Under the pieces are notes generated by a model, which saw nothing but the letters and a program-made list of their open reading frames with translations, ran no database searches and was not told the origin of the DNA. Positions 1 through 8,929 of a stretch of DNA of 64,000 nt are shown here, in pieces; within the stretch, counting starts at the first letter, position 1; every line of letters begins with the position of its first letter. The translations under genes were made by a program, and so were the position numbers. The stretch lies in NCBI RefSeq assembly GCF_056746865.1, contig NZ_CM163382.1; one strand, given 5' to 3'.

Positions 1-185
1 GCAAAAAACGAGCAGTGGTTGACTATATTTCAGGTATGATGGATACATTTGCAGTCAAGGAATGGGAAACTCACTGTCTGAAGTAACACTGCCGATTACC
101 AGAGGCGCATATTTTCCCGTTATGGTTATTGCGCCTTTATTCCGTTTCGGTGACAGGTTATTTTAAATATTCTGGAAATGCGTTG

Positions 186-512
186 ATGGGCAAGAACAAT
201 TACCCTGAAAATAAATACAGGAAATGGTTTTCCACAGCAATAACATATCTTATTACAGGTGGTTTGTGCTGGTATATGTTGTGGGCATCCGCTATATCTC
301 ATTATACTGTTTTACAAAATACGGTACCTGAATGGACAACATATTTTTGCACCGGTATAATCACCGGATCTCTTTCTTTTATTTATGCATTTTATATCCG
401 CACCTTTAACAGAACATTAAAGTCTTTATTAAATGCATTCACGGGGGGATTTTGTCTTGGATTTATACTGAGTCCTGATGAATCCCCTAATGATTTTGAT
501 AAAAATCATTAG
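186..512 (+). CDS. hypothetical small membrane protein (about 108 aa)
   Basis: Track ORF 129..512 begins at TTG; first in-frame ATG at 186; several hydrophobic segments; no family recognised; 3-prime end runs into the 475..524 palindrome. Confidence 0.3.
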   Translation: MGKNNYPENKYRKWFSTAITYLITGGLCWYMLWASAISHYTVLQNTVPEWTTYFCTGIITGSLSFIYAFYIRTFNRTLKSLLNAFTGGFCLGFILSPDESPNDFDKNH

Positions 513-800
513 GGGATTCATCAGTGCTTGACCTTGTTTAAAAGCTGTAATATCGCAATTTACTAACTCAATATCTAAATCCATTGGCTTGGATGTACCT
601 CCTGCCTCAAGGAAGCTTTTTGAAAGCTGTCCAAAATCAATAGACTGATCAGCTGATTTCTGAGAAATGCTGCATGGAGCATCAACAACAGTTCCGTTAA
701 AAGTTACTTTACCCTGCCCCTGTGGAATAGTTGGAGCAGCATTTACACCAAAAGACACCACTGCCATAGCTACCGCACCGGCAATAATCGACTTAATCAT
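429..800 (-). pseudogene. papA: papA-like major pilin gene, 5-prime fragment (3-prime end replaced)
   Basis: Translation MIKSIIAGAVAMAVVSFGVNAAPTIPQGQGKVTFNGTVVDAPCSISQ...DIELVNCDITAFK matches PapA N-terminus; similarity stops near 537, tail is unrelated; ATG at 800 with upstream AGAGG. Confidence 0.75.
475..524. repeat. 50-bp perfect palindrome made of two head-to-head IS10-like terminal inverted repeats
   Basis: CTGATGAATCCCCTAATGATTTT-GATA-AAAATCATTAGGGGATTCATCAG read directly; left arm matches the IS10/Tn10 outside end as I recall it. Confidence 0.55.
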
Positions 801-1006
801 AAATAACAACCTCTTTTTCATTACTGAACACACCAGAGATATCTGGCAATTTAAAATGACCCGATTACCTTTAATAACCAGATCAATACAAATAATATTC
901 TCGTATTTTCAGGGCAGGTTATTTATCGACAGAATACTGATATAACCTGTCTGCTTTCTGATAAGGACTTCTTTTTATCTGTAAGATAACTCCGGAATGC
1001 CATCAT

Positions 1007-1321
1007 TCAGTCAAATGCCGACGACTCATCTGTATAATAAGGTGCAAGCCTTGCTGCAAGAGCATTCAGCCGTATAAGTCTCCCAAGTGTTGTACTGAAA
1101 TACCCATTATTCATCTGGTATTTCTCGCAGACCTCCTTACGGGAGTGCCCACCTACCAGATAGTCCTTCATAGCCAGAATGACCCTGTCACTGTGAATAG
1201 AAGAAATACCTATCAGTAAAAAAAAATGCATTTCAGACATAGAGCCGGGCAACAGTACGCTCTCGCGTATATTCAGCAAAAACGCATTTCCTGACCGACT
1301 GATGACTTCATGATGCGCCAT
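1007..1321 (-). CDS. papB: PapB-family fimbrial operon regulator
   Basis: 104-aa product MAHHEVISRSGNAFLLNIRESVLLPGS... matches PapB/SfaB/FaeB family; sits upstream of the pilin gene on the same strand. Confidence 0.85.
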   Translation of the reverse strand: MAHHEVISRSGNAFLLNIRESVLLPGSMSEMHFFLLIGISSIHSDRVILAMKDYLVGGHSRKEVCEKYQMNNGYFSTTLGRLIRLNALAARLAPYYTDESSAFD

Positions 1322-1426
1322 GTTTCCCCCTTCTGTCGGGCCCCTGGATATATGCTTCCGGCCCGGAAATACTCTTCACGCAATAAGTTAAATTTAGTTT
1401 TTTATGTTGTAAATATTGATTTAAAC

Positions 1427-1532
1427 GATCTTTTAACCCACAAAATAAAATTAAACTAGAATAAAACACTAATAATAAGAATGCGCTCAGATAAAAACAT
1501 CATAGTAAATTGAATTTACAGCATAAAAGATC
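1427..1532. promoter_or_regulatory. pap-type phase-variation switch: two GATC (Dam) sites 102 bp apart in the papI-papB intergenic region
   Basis: GATC at 1427-1430 (CGATCTTTTA) and 1529-1532 (AAAAGATCGT) read directly; spacing and flanks fit the Lrp/Dam pap switch; intergenic length 422 bp. Confidence 0.7.
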
Positions 1533-1641
1533 GTCTAAATGCATTTTTACGGACTTTCTTTTCACAGAAAAATAAAACGCAAAATGTGATACATATCAAA
1601 TAAAGCAAATAAAAAGCAAATTCACTAAATTGCACAAATAA

Positions 1642-1668
1642 AGCAAACACAGCAAACACAGCAAACAC
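1642..1668. repeat. 3 x 9-bp perfect tandem repeat (AGCAAACAC)
   Basis: Read directly upstream of papI start. Confidence 0.8.
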
Positions 1669-1743
1669 AGAGAATAAAAATACCTTTCCGTTGATAACAG
1701 AAAGCATGATTTTTATTATTCGAAGAAACTTTGTTACAGTGAG

Positions 1744-1966
1744 ATGAGTGAATATATGAAGAATGAAATACTGGAATTTCTGAACAGGCATGATGGAGGG
1801 AAAACGGCAGAAATTGCGGAGGCGCTGGCGGTAACGGATTACCAGGCCCGCTATTACCTGTTATTACTGGAAAAAGCAGGTATGGTTCAGCGCTCACCAT
1901 TAAGACGGGGCATGGCAACATACTGGCTTCTGAAAGGAGAGAAGCAGGCGGGGCAGAGTTGTTCAC
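1744..1966 (+). pseudogene. papI: papI-like regulator gene, C-terminus replaced at junction with ISCR2 fragment
   Basis: [16 protein letters not shown]...RRGMATYW matches PapI; homology ends after ...AGQSCS (about 1966), then the frame runs into IS91-family sequence. Confidence 0.7.
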
Positions 1967-2612
1967 TTTGCAAACTCTGCCGACCAGTGGTGATCCGTTC
2001 GGTGACGGGATTGGCAAGGTAGCCGGGTCCAGCCTGCACGCCGGCGTGGCGGCCAGGGCCGATGAACGCAAGAAGCTCGAACGGCTGTGCCGGTACATCA
2101 GCCGCCCGGCGGTATCCGAGAAGCGGCTGTCGTTAACACGAGGCGGCAACGTGCGCTACCAGCTCAAGACGCCGTACCGGGACGGCACCACGCACGTCAT
2201 TTTCGAACCATTGGATTTCATTGCAAGGCTGGCCGCCCTGGTACCGAAGCCCAGAGTCAACCTAACCCGCTTCCACGGGGTGTTCGCACCCAACAGTCGG
2301 CACCGGGCGTTGGTCACGCCGGCAAAACGGGGCAGGGGCAACAAGGTCAGGGTGGCTGATGAACCGGCAACACCAGCACAACGGCGAGCGTCGATGACAT
2401 GGGCGCAACGGCTCAAGCGTGTTTTCAATATCGACATCGAGACCTGCAGCGGCTGCGGCGGCGCCATGAAAGTCATCGCCTGCATTGAAGACCCTATAGT
2501 GATCAAGCAGATCCTTGATCACCTGAAGCACAAAGCCGAAACCAGCGGGACCAGGGCGTTACCCGAAAGCCGGGCGCCACCGGCTGAGCTGCTCCTGGGT
2601 CTGTTTGACTGA
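1966..2612 (+). mobile_element. ISCR2-like (IS91 family) transposase gene, 3-prime fragment
   Basis: C-terminal translation ...NIDIETCSGCGGAMKVIACIEDPIVIKQILDHLK... is IS91/ISCR-family; lies upstream of the virD2-like/floR unit. Confidence 0.65.
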
Positions 2613-2642
2613 CGAGCCTGAAGGCCAACGATACCAATCAAA

Positions 2643-3527
2643 ATGCTGCGTTCACAGCGCCGCGGCAGGGATCCGCCGTGCTGGTTGTCGGAAAAGGAGC
2701 CGCTAGTGGGAAAGAGGAGGGTAAATTTTCAGCGTTGCTGGCTCCCCGTCAGCCGGATTGGGTTGCATCGCAGGGGTGTCGAAAGAGTCAACTGCGGTCC
2801 AAAGCTGTTGGACTTGGGTGAAAAGGGCGTTTATTCTTCCTATACGTGCCGCGTTCCAGGCGGCGACTATGAGGGCTATGTCGATGCCCATGTGCGCCGG
2901 CTGGAGGCGCTACGCCGGGCCGGTATCGTCGAGCGGATCGACGCCGACCAATGGCGCATCCCCAATGATCTGGTCAGCCGTGCCGCCGCCCATGACGCCG
3001 GCCGAGACAGTCAGGCCAGCGTTCGCGTCCTTTCCCCGGTCGATCTGAACAAACAGATCGGATCGGACGGCGCGACCTGGCTGGACCGGCGGCTGATCCA
3101 CGGCGAGACGGCCGACCTTGCGCCAACCGGCTTCGGGCAACAAGTCCGCGAAGCCATGGACCAGCGCCGCGAGCACCATATCGAACAGGGCGACGCCACC
3201 CGCAGCCGGGACAGCCGCGTCTTCTACCGGCGCAACCTTCTCGCCATCCTGCGGGAGCGCGAGGTAGCCGGCGTCGGATCGGATATGGCTTTGAGTAAGG
3301 GCCTGCCGTTCCGCGCCGCCACGGACGGCGAGAGCGTCAGCGGCAAGTTTACCGGAACCGTGCATCTATCGAGCGGCAAGTTCGCCGTGGTCGAGAAATC
3401 CCATGAGTTCACCCTTGTCCCGTGGCGGCCGATCATCGACCGCCAACTCGGCCGCGAGGTTATGGGCATCGTGCAGGGCGGGTCGGTGTCGTGGCAGTTA
3501 GGGCGGCAGAGGGGGCTGGAACGCTGA
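2643..3527 (+). CDS. truncated relaxase-like ORF (virD2-like) that usually accompanies floR
   Basis: 294-aa ORF directly upstream of floR in the ISCR2-floR module; recognised by context and recalled similarity, function uncertain. Confidence 0.5.
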   Translation: MLRSQRRGRDPPCWLSEKEPLVGKRRVNFQRCWLPVSRIGLHRRGVERVNCGPKLLDLGEKGVYSSYTCRVPGGDYEGYVDAHVRRLEALRRAGIVERIDADQWRIPNDLVSRAAAHDAGRDSQASVRVLSPVDLNKQIGSDGATWLDRRLIHGETADLAPTGFGQQVREAMDQRREHHIEQGDATRSRDSRVFYRRNLLAILREREVAGVGSDMALSKGLPFRAATDGESVSGKFTGTVHLSSGKFAVVEKSHEFTLVPWRPIIDRQLGREVMGIVQGGSVSWQLGRQRGLER

Positions 3528-3743
3528 GTGCGCCCATGCCGCATTGCGAAGCAAAAGATAATCGGATAAAATGTAGCAATTCATATTCGTAAGCGTGGAG
3601 TAATCAGATGGGAAATTCCAAGTCAGCAGACAAGTAAGCCGCAACAACCAGTATTGTTGTTGCGGCGCTCTGTAAGGCTAGTCTCATCTGATTGCTGACG
3701 AGCAGACGTCGCCCGGTATTCCTTAATCGAGGGTTGATTCGTC

Positions 3744-4958
3744 ATGACCACCACACGCCCCGCGTGGGCCTATACGCTGCCGGCAGCACTGCTGCTGATG
3801 GCTCCTTTCGACATCCTCGCTTCACTGGCGATGGATATTTATCTCCCTGTCGTTCCAGCGATGCCCGGCATCCTGAACACGACGCCCGCTATGATCCAAC
3901 TCACGTTGAGCCTCTATATGGTGATGCTCGGCGTGGGCCAGGTGATTTTTGGTCCGCTCTCAGACAGAATCGGGCGACGGCCAATTCTACTTGCGGGCGC
4001 AACGGCTTTCGTCATTGCGTCTCTGGGAGCAGCTTGGTCTTCAACTGCACCGGCCTTTGTCGCTTTCCGTCTACTTCAAGCAGTGGGCGCGTCGGCCATG
4101 CTGGTGGCGACGTTCGCGACGGTTCGCGACGTTTATGCCAACCGTCCTGAGGGTGTCGTCATCTACGGCCTTTTCAGTTCGATGCTGGCGTTCGTGCCTG
4201 CGCTCGGCCCTATCGCCGGAACATTGATCGGCGAGTTCTTGGGATGGCAGGCGATATTCATTACTTTGGCTATACTGGCGATGCTCGCACTCCTAAATGC
4301 GGGTTTCAGGTGGCACGAAACCCGCCCTCTGGATCAAGTCAAGACGCGCCGATCTGTCTTGCCGATCTTCGCGAGTCCGGCTTTTTGGGTTTACACTGTC
4401 GGCTTTAGCGCCGGTATGGGCACCTACTTCGTCTTCTTCTCGACGGCTCCCCGTGTGCTCATAGGCCAAGCGGAATATTCCGAGATCGGATTCAGCTTTG
4501 CCTTCGCCACTGTCGCGCTTGTAATGATCGTGACAACCCGTTTCGCGAAGTCCTTTGTCGCCAGATGGGGCATCGCAGGATGCGTGGCGCGTGGGATGGC
4601 GTTGCTTGTTTGCGGAGCGGTCCTGTTGGGGAGCGGCGAACTTTACGGCTCGCCGTCATTCCTCACCTTCATCCTACCGATGTGGGTTGTCGCGGTCGGT
4701 ATTGTCTTCACGGTGTCCGTTACCGCGAACGGCGCTTTGGCAGAGTTCGACGACATCGCGGGATCAGCGGTCGCGTTCTACTTCTGCGTTCAAAGCCTGA
4801 TAGTCAGCATTGTCGGGACATTGGCGGTGGCACTTTTAAACGGTGACACAGCGTGGCCCGTGATCTGTTACGCCACGGCGATGGCGGTACTGGTTTCGTT
4901 GGGGCTGGTGCTCCTTCGGCTCCGTGGGGCTGCCACCGAGAAGTCGCCAGTCGTCTAA
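3744..4958 (+). CDS. floR: florfenicol/chloramphenicol MFS efflux protein FloR
   Basis: 404-aa product MTTTRPAWAYTLPAALLLMAPFDILASLAMDIYLPVVPAMPGIL... matches FloR over full length. Confidence 0.95.
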   Translation: MTTTRPAWAYTLPAALLLMAPFDILASLAMDIYLPVVPAMPGILNTTPAMIQLTLSLYMVMLGVGQVIFGPLSDRIGRRPILLAGATAFVIASLGAAWSSTAPAFVAFRLLQAVGASAMLVATFATVRDVYANRPEGVVIYGLFSSMLAFVPALGPIAGTLIGEFLGWQAIFITLAILAMLALLNAGFRWHETRPLDQVKTRRSVLPIFASPAFWVYTVGFSAGMGTYFVFFSTAPRVLIGQAEYSEIGFSFAFATVALVMIVTTRFAKSFVARWGIAGCVARGMALLVCGAVLLGSGELYGSPSFLTFILPMWVVAVGIVFTVSVTANGALAEFDDIAGSAVAFYFCVQSLIVSIVGTLAVALLNGDTAWPVICYATAMAVLVSLGLVLLRLRGAATEKSPVV

Positions 4959-4985
4959 CCGACGACTGGTAGCAGGCCCGCTCCG

Positions 4986-5291
4986 ATGCGGCGCACTAAC
5001 CATCGAAACCTCGTGAATGTCGGTATCCTGTCTGGCAGGATACCGCTCATTTCCCTTGTTCAGTTCATCGCCGTCGCCGAGCATCTGAATTTTCGGCATG
5101 CGGCCAAGGCACTTGGTATCAGCCAGTCGAGCGTCAGCGCGCGTGTGAAAGCGCTGGAGGATAACCTTGGTGTCCTGCTATTTGAGCGCCATGCGCGGGG
5201 CGTTCGGCTAACAGACGCAGGCAGGCACTTCATGGAGCGTGTCACGGCGGGTGTCGATCAACTCGATCACGCAGTGAAGACCGCGGAGTGA
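4986..5291 (+). pseudogene. LysR-family regulator, N-terminal HTH fragment (floR-associated)
   Basis: 101-aa product with LysR-type HTH (FIAVAEHLNFRHAAKALGISQSSVSARVKALE); too short for a full LysR protein. Confidence 0.6.
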
Positions 5292-5402
5292 CGGGCACTG
5301 GCTGGCAATGTCTAGCAACGGCAGGCATTTCGGCTGAGGGTAAAAGAACTTTCCGCTAAGCGATAGACTGTATGTAAACACAGTATTGCAAGGACGCGGA
5401 AC

Positions 5403-5588
5403 ATGCCTCATGTGGCGGCCAGGACGGCCAGCCGGGATCGGGATACTGGTCGTTACCAGAGCCACCGACCCGAGCAAACCCTTCTCTATCAGATCGTTGA
5501 CGAGTATTACCCGGCATTCGCTGCGCTTATGGCAGAGCAGGGAAAGGAATTGCCGGGCTATGTGCAACGGGAATTTGAAGAATTTCTC
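5403..5588 (+). mobile_element. ISCR2-like transposase gene, 5-prime fragment truncated at tetA junction
   Basis: N-terminal IS91-family motif TLLYQIVDEYYPAFAALMAEQGKELPGYVQREFEEFL; similarity ends about 5588 where the tetA 3-prime end begins. Confidence 0.55.
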
Positions 5589-6757
5589 CAAAGCCCGCGA
5601 CGCAGCGCCGGCAGGCAGAGCAAGTAGAGGGCAGCGCCTGCAATCCATGCCCACCCGTTCCACGTTGTTATAGAAGCCGCATAGATCGCCGTGAAGAGGA
5701 GGGGTCCGACGATCGAGGTCAGGCTGGTGAGCGCCGCCAGTGAGCCTTGCAGCTGCCCCTGACGTTCCTCATCCACCTGCCTGGACAACATTGCTTGCAG
5801 CGCCGGCATTCCGATGCCACCCGAAGCAAGCAGGACCATGATCGGGAACGCCATCCATCCCCGTGTCGCGAAGGCAAGCAGGATGTAGCCTGTGCCGTCG
5901 GCAATCATTCCGAGCATGAGTGCCCGCCTTTCGCCGAGCCGGGCGGCTACAGGGCCGGTGATCATTGCCTGGGCGAGTGAATGCAGAATGCCAAATGCGG
6001 CAAGCGAAATGCCGATCGTGGTCGCGTCCCAGTGAAAGCGATCCTCGCCGAAAATGACCCAAAGCGCGGCCGGCACCTGTCCGACAAGTTGCATGATGAA
6101 GAAGACCGCCATCAGGGCGGCGACGACGGTCATGCCCCGGGCCCACCGGAACGAAGCGAGCGGGTTGAGAGCCTCCCGGCGTAACGGCCGGCGTTCGCCT
6201 TTGTGCGACTCCGGCAAAAGGAAACAGCCCGTCAGGAAATTGAGGCCGTTCAAGGCTGCCGCGGCGAAGAACGGAGCGTGGGGGGAGAAACCGCCCATCA
6301 GCCCACCGAGCACAGGTCCCGCGACCATCCCGAACCCGAAACAGGCGCTCATGAAGCCGAAGTGCCGCGCGCGCTCATCGCCATCAGTGATATCGGCAAT
6401 ATAAGCGCCGGCTACCGCCCCAGTCGCCCCGGTGATGCCGGCCACGATCCGCCCGATATAGAGAACCCAAAGGAAAGGCGTCGTCGCCATGATGGCGTAG
6501 TCGACAGCAGCGCCGGCCAGCGAGACGAGCAAGACCGGCCGCCGCCCGAAACGATCCGACAGCGCGCCCAGCACAGGTGCGCAGGCAAATTGCATCAACG
6601 CATACAGCGCCAGCAGAATGCCATAGTGGGCGGTGACGTCGTTCGAGTGAACCAGATCGCGCAGGAGGCCCGGCAGCACCGGCATAATCAGGCCGATGCC
6701 GACAGCGTCGAGCGCGACAGTGCTCAGAATTACGATCAGGGGTCTGTTGGGTTTCAC
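5558..6757 (-). CDS. tetA: tetracycline efflux MFS transporter TetA, class A, GTG start, variant last 9 residues
   Basis: VKPNRPLIVILSTVALDAVGIGLIMPVLPGLLRDLVHS... matches TetA(A); divergent to tetR with operators between; C-terminal ...RGLWRNSSNSRCT differs from my recollection of canonical TetA(A). Confidence 0.9.
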   Translation of the reverse strand: MKPNRPLIVILSTVALDAVGIGLIMPVLPGLLRDLVHSNDVTAHYGILLALYALMQFACAPVLGALSDRFGRRPVLLVSLAGAAVDYAIMATTPFLWVLYIGRIVAGITGATGAVAGAYIADITDGDERARHFGFMSACFGFGMVAGPVLGGLMGGFSPHAPFFAAAALNGLNFLTGCFLLPESHKGERRPLRREALNPLASFRWARGMTVVAALMAVFFIMQLVGQVPAALWVIFGEDRFHWDATTIGISLAAFGILHSLAQAMITGPVAARLGERRALMLGMIADGTGYILLAFATRGWMAFPIMVLLASGGIGMPALQAMLSRQVDEERQGQLQGSLAALTSLTSIVGPLLFTAIYAASITTWNGWAWIAGAALYLLCLPALRRGLWRNSSNSRCT

Positions 6758-6805
6758 GTCTGGCCTCCGGACCAGCCTCCGCTGGTCCGATTGAACGCGC
6801 GGATT

Positions 6806-6854
6806 CTTTATCACTGATAAGTTGGTGGACATATTATGTTTATCAGTGATAAAG
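6806..6854. promoter_or_regulatory. tetA/tetR divergent promoter region with two palindromic tet operators
   Basis: TTTATCACTGATAAG and TTTATCAGTGATAAAG palindromes read directly between the divergent genes. Confidence 0.6.
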
Positions 6855-6862
6855 TGTCAAGC

Positions 6863-7513
6863 ATGACAAAGTTGCAGCCGAATACAGTGATCCGTGCCGC
6901 CCTGGACCTGTTGAACGAGGTCGGCGTAGACGGTCTGACGACACGCAAACTGGCGGAACGGTTGGGGGTTCAGCAGCCGGCGCTTTACTGGCACTTCAGG
7001 AACAAGCGGGCGCTGCTCGACGCACTGGCCGAAGCCATGCTGGCGGAGAATCATACGCATTCGGTGCCGAGAGCCGACGACGACTGGCGCTCATTTCTGA
7101 TCGGGAATGCCCGCAGCTTCAGGCAGGCGCTGCTCGCCTACCGCGATGGCGCGCGCATCCATGCCGGCACGCGACCGGGCGCACCGCAGATGGAAACGGC
7201 CGACGCGCAGCTTCGCTTCCTCTGCGAGGCGGGTTTTTCGGCCGGGGACGCCGTCAATGCGCTGATGACAATCAGCTACTTCACTGTTGGGGCCGTGCTT
7301 GAGGAGCAGGCCGGCGACAGCGATGCCGGCGAGCGCGGCGGCACCGTTGAACAGGCTCCGCTCTCGCCGCTGTTGCGGGCCGCGATAGACGCCTTCGACG
7401 AAGCCGATCCGGACGCAGCGTTCGAGCAGGGACTCGCGGTGATTGTCGATGGATTGGCGAAAAGGAGGCTCGTTGTCAGGAACGTTGAAGGACCGAGAAA
7501 GGGTGACGATTGA
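6863..7513 (+). CDS. tetR: tetracycline repressor TetR, class A
   Basis: MTKLQPNTVIRAALDLLNEVGVDGLTTRKLAERLGVQQPALYWHFRNKRALLDAL... matches TetR(A). Confidence 0.9.
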   Translation: MTKLQPNTVIRAALDLLNEVGVDGLTTRKLAERLGVQQPALYWHFRNKRALLDALAEAMLAENHTHSVPRADDDWRSFLIGNARSFRQALLAYRDGARIHAGTRPGAPQMETADAQLRFLCEAGFSAGDAVNALMTISYFTVGAVLEEQAGDSDAGERGGTVEQAPLSPLLRAAIDAFDEADPDAAFEQGLAVIVDGLAKRRLVVRNVEGPRKGDD

Positions 7514-7986
7514 TCAGGACCGCTGCCGGAGCGCAACCCACTCACTACAGCAGAGCCATGTAGACAACATCCCCTCCCCCTTTCCACCGCGTCAGACGCC
7601 CGTAGCAGCCCGCTACGGGCTTTTTCATGCCCTGCCCTAGCGTCCAAGCCTCACGGCCGCGCTCGGCCTCTCTGGCGGCCTTCTGGCGCTCCTGCTGCGG
7701 CGTCCGCTCGTGGGCCGTGGCGCGGGTCCGCGCGCCGGCCTCGTGCGCCTGGCGCTCGCGGGCGAGGTCCAGGGCGGCCGTCTTCACGTTCTGCCTTGCG
7801 CAGATGAGATAGATCTAGCGTGGACTCAAGGCTCTCGCGAATGGCTCGCGTTGGAAACTTTCATTGACACTTGAGGGGCACCGCAGGGAAATTCTCGTCC
7901 TTGCGAGAACCGGCTATGTCGTGCTGCGCATCGAGCCTGCGCCCTTGGCTTGTCTCGCCCCTCTCCGCGTCGCTACGGGGCTTCCA

Positions 7987-8067
7987 GGGGTCGTTTGCGG
8001 GAAGGGGCGGAATCCTACGCTAAGGCTTTGGCCAGCGATATTCTCCGGTGAGATTGATGTGTTCCCA
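7987..8067. repeat. Tn3-family terminal inverted repeat downstream of strB (Tn5393-type right IR)
   Basis: GGGGTCGTTTGCGGGAAGGGGCGGAATCCTACGCTAAG starts at 7987, outermost GGGG facing away from strB, about 70 bp past the strB stop. Confidence 0.5.
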
Positions 8068-8092
8068 GGGGATAGGAGAAGTCGCTTGATAT

Positions 8093-8929
8093 CTAGTATG
8101 ACGTCTGTCGCACCTGCTTGATCGCGGCCGCGATAGCTAGATCGCGTTGCTCCTCTTCTCCATCCGCGTTCCAAGCTGCGGAAAGGCACCCATAAGCGTA
8201 CGCCTGGTCGAGCAGGCGACGCGGATCGACGTCCAGCGCACGAGAGAATGCGTCCGCCATCTGTGCAATGCGTCTAGGATCGAGACAAAGGTCGTCTCTG
8301 TCAGCCGGATCGTAGAACATATTGGCGGCGCCAAAGCCCACTTCACCGACCAGACCGACGGGATCTATCACCAGCCAGCCGCGACTGGAGAACATGATGT
8401 TTTCATGATGCAGATCGCCATGTAGCCCACGCAGTTCCGAGGCATTGCTCATCATTTGATCGGCTATAATCGCCGCGTGGACGTACTCAGTTTGACAACC
8501 TGCGTTTTGATCATCGCGCGCCCGCTGAAACAAAGCTGCAAAGCGATCCCGGATCGGGAGAAGGGCAGAAGGCAGGGGTTCCTCAGATGCGGCATACAGC
8601 TTCGCCATTAGTTCCGCTGCAATTTCGGTCGCCTGGTAGTCGCCGTGCTCGGCAACGATGTGAGAGAGCATTCGCTCCCCGGCATATTCGAGCAACATCA
8701 GATTGTTCTCACGACCGAGCAACCGGACTGCTCCCCTCCCATTGCGCCATACCAGATAGTCGGCCCCGCGCAGTTCATCAGCAATGTCTTCTATAGGTTT
8801 CAATCCCTTGACGATTGCAGGAGTCCCGTCTGGCAATGAAACTTTCCAAACGAGGCTGGAAAAGGTGTCCGCAATGAGAACAGGTTGCGAAACGTGCCAA
8901 TGAGCAGGAAAAACAGGCGGCATGAACAT
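8093..8929 (-). CDS. strB: aminoglycoside 6-phosphotransferase APH(6)-Id (StrB)
   Basis: MFMPPVFPAHWHVSQPVLIADTFSSLVWKVSLPDGTPAIVKGL... full-length match; start ATG overlaps strA stop (ATGA). Confidence 0.93.
   Translation of the reverse strand: MFMPPVFPAHWHVSQPVLIADTFSSLVWKVSLPDGTPAIVKGLKPIEDIADELRGADYLVWRNGRGAVRLLGRENNLMLLEYAGERMLSHIVAEHGDYQATEIAAELMAKLYAASEEPLPSALLPIRDRFAALFQRARDDQNAGCQTEYVHAAIIADQMMSNASELRGLHGDLHHENIMFSSRGWLVIDPVGLVGEVGFGAANMFYDPADRDDLCLDPRRIAQMADAFSRALDVDPRRLLDQAYAYGCLSAAWNADGEEEQRDLAIAAAIKQVRQTSY

Noticed and set aside
3-86. Possible C-terminal 27 codons of a gene running in from upstream of the window
   Set aside because: Too short to assign; no similarity recognised
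2087-2531. Overlapping ORFs within the ISCR2 fragment (2087..2359, 2156..2506, 2262..2531)
   Set aside because: Alternative-frame or antisense artefacts in GC-rich DNA; the IS91-family frame explains the region
5747-6817. Several ORFs antisense to tetA (5747..5980, 5769..6146, 5981..6184, 6054..6404, 6203..6817)
   Set aside because: They lie entirely inside the well-supported tetA(A) gene on the opposite strand, are Arg/Pro-rich as expected from GC-rich antisense frames, and have no start context
7514-7986. Short ORFs between tetR and the Tn3-family IR (7545..7787, 7627..7812, 7864..8121)
   Set aside because: GC-rich junction DNA with Arg/Ala-rich translations and no start context; most likely a transposon remnant
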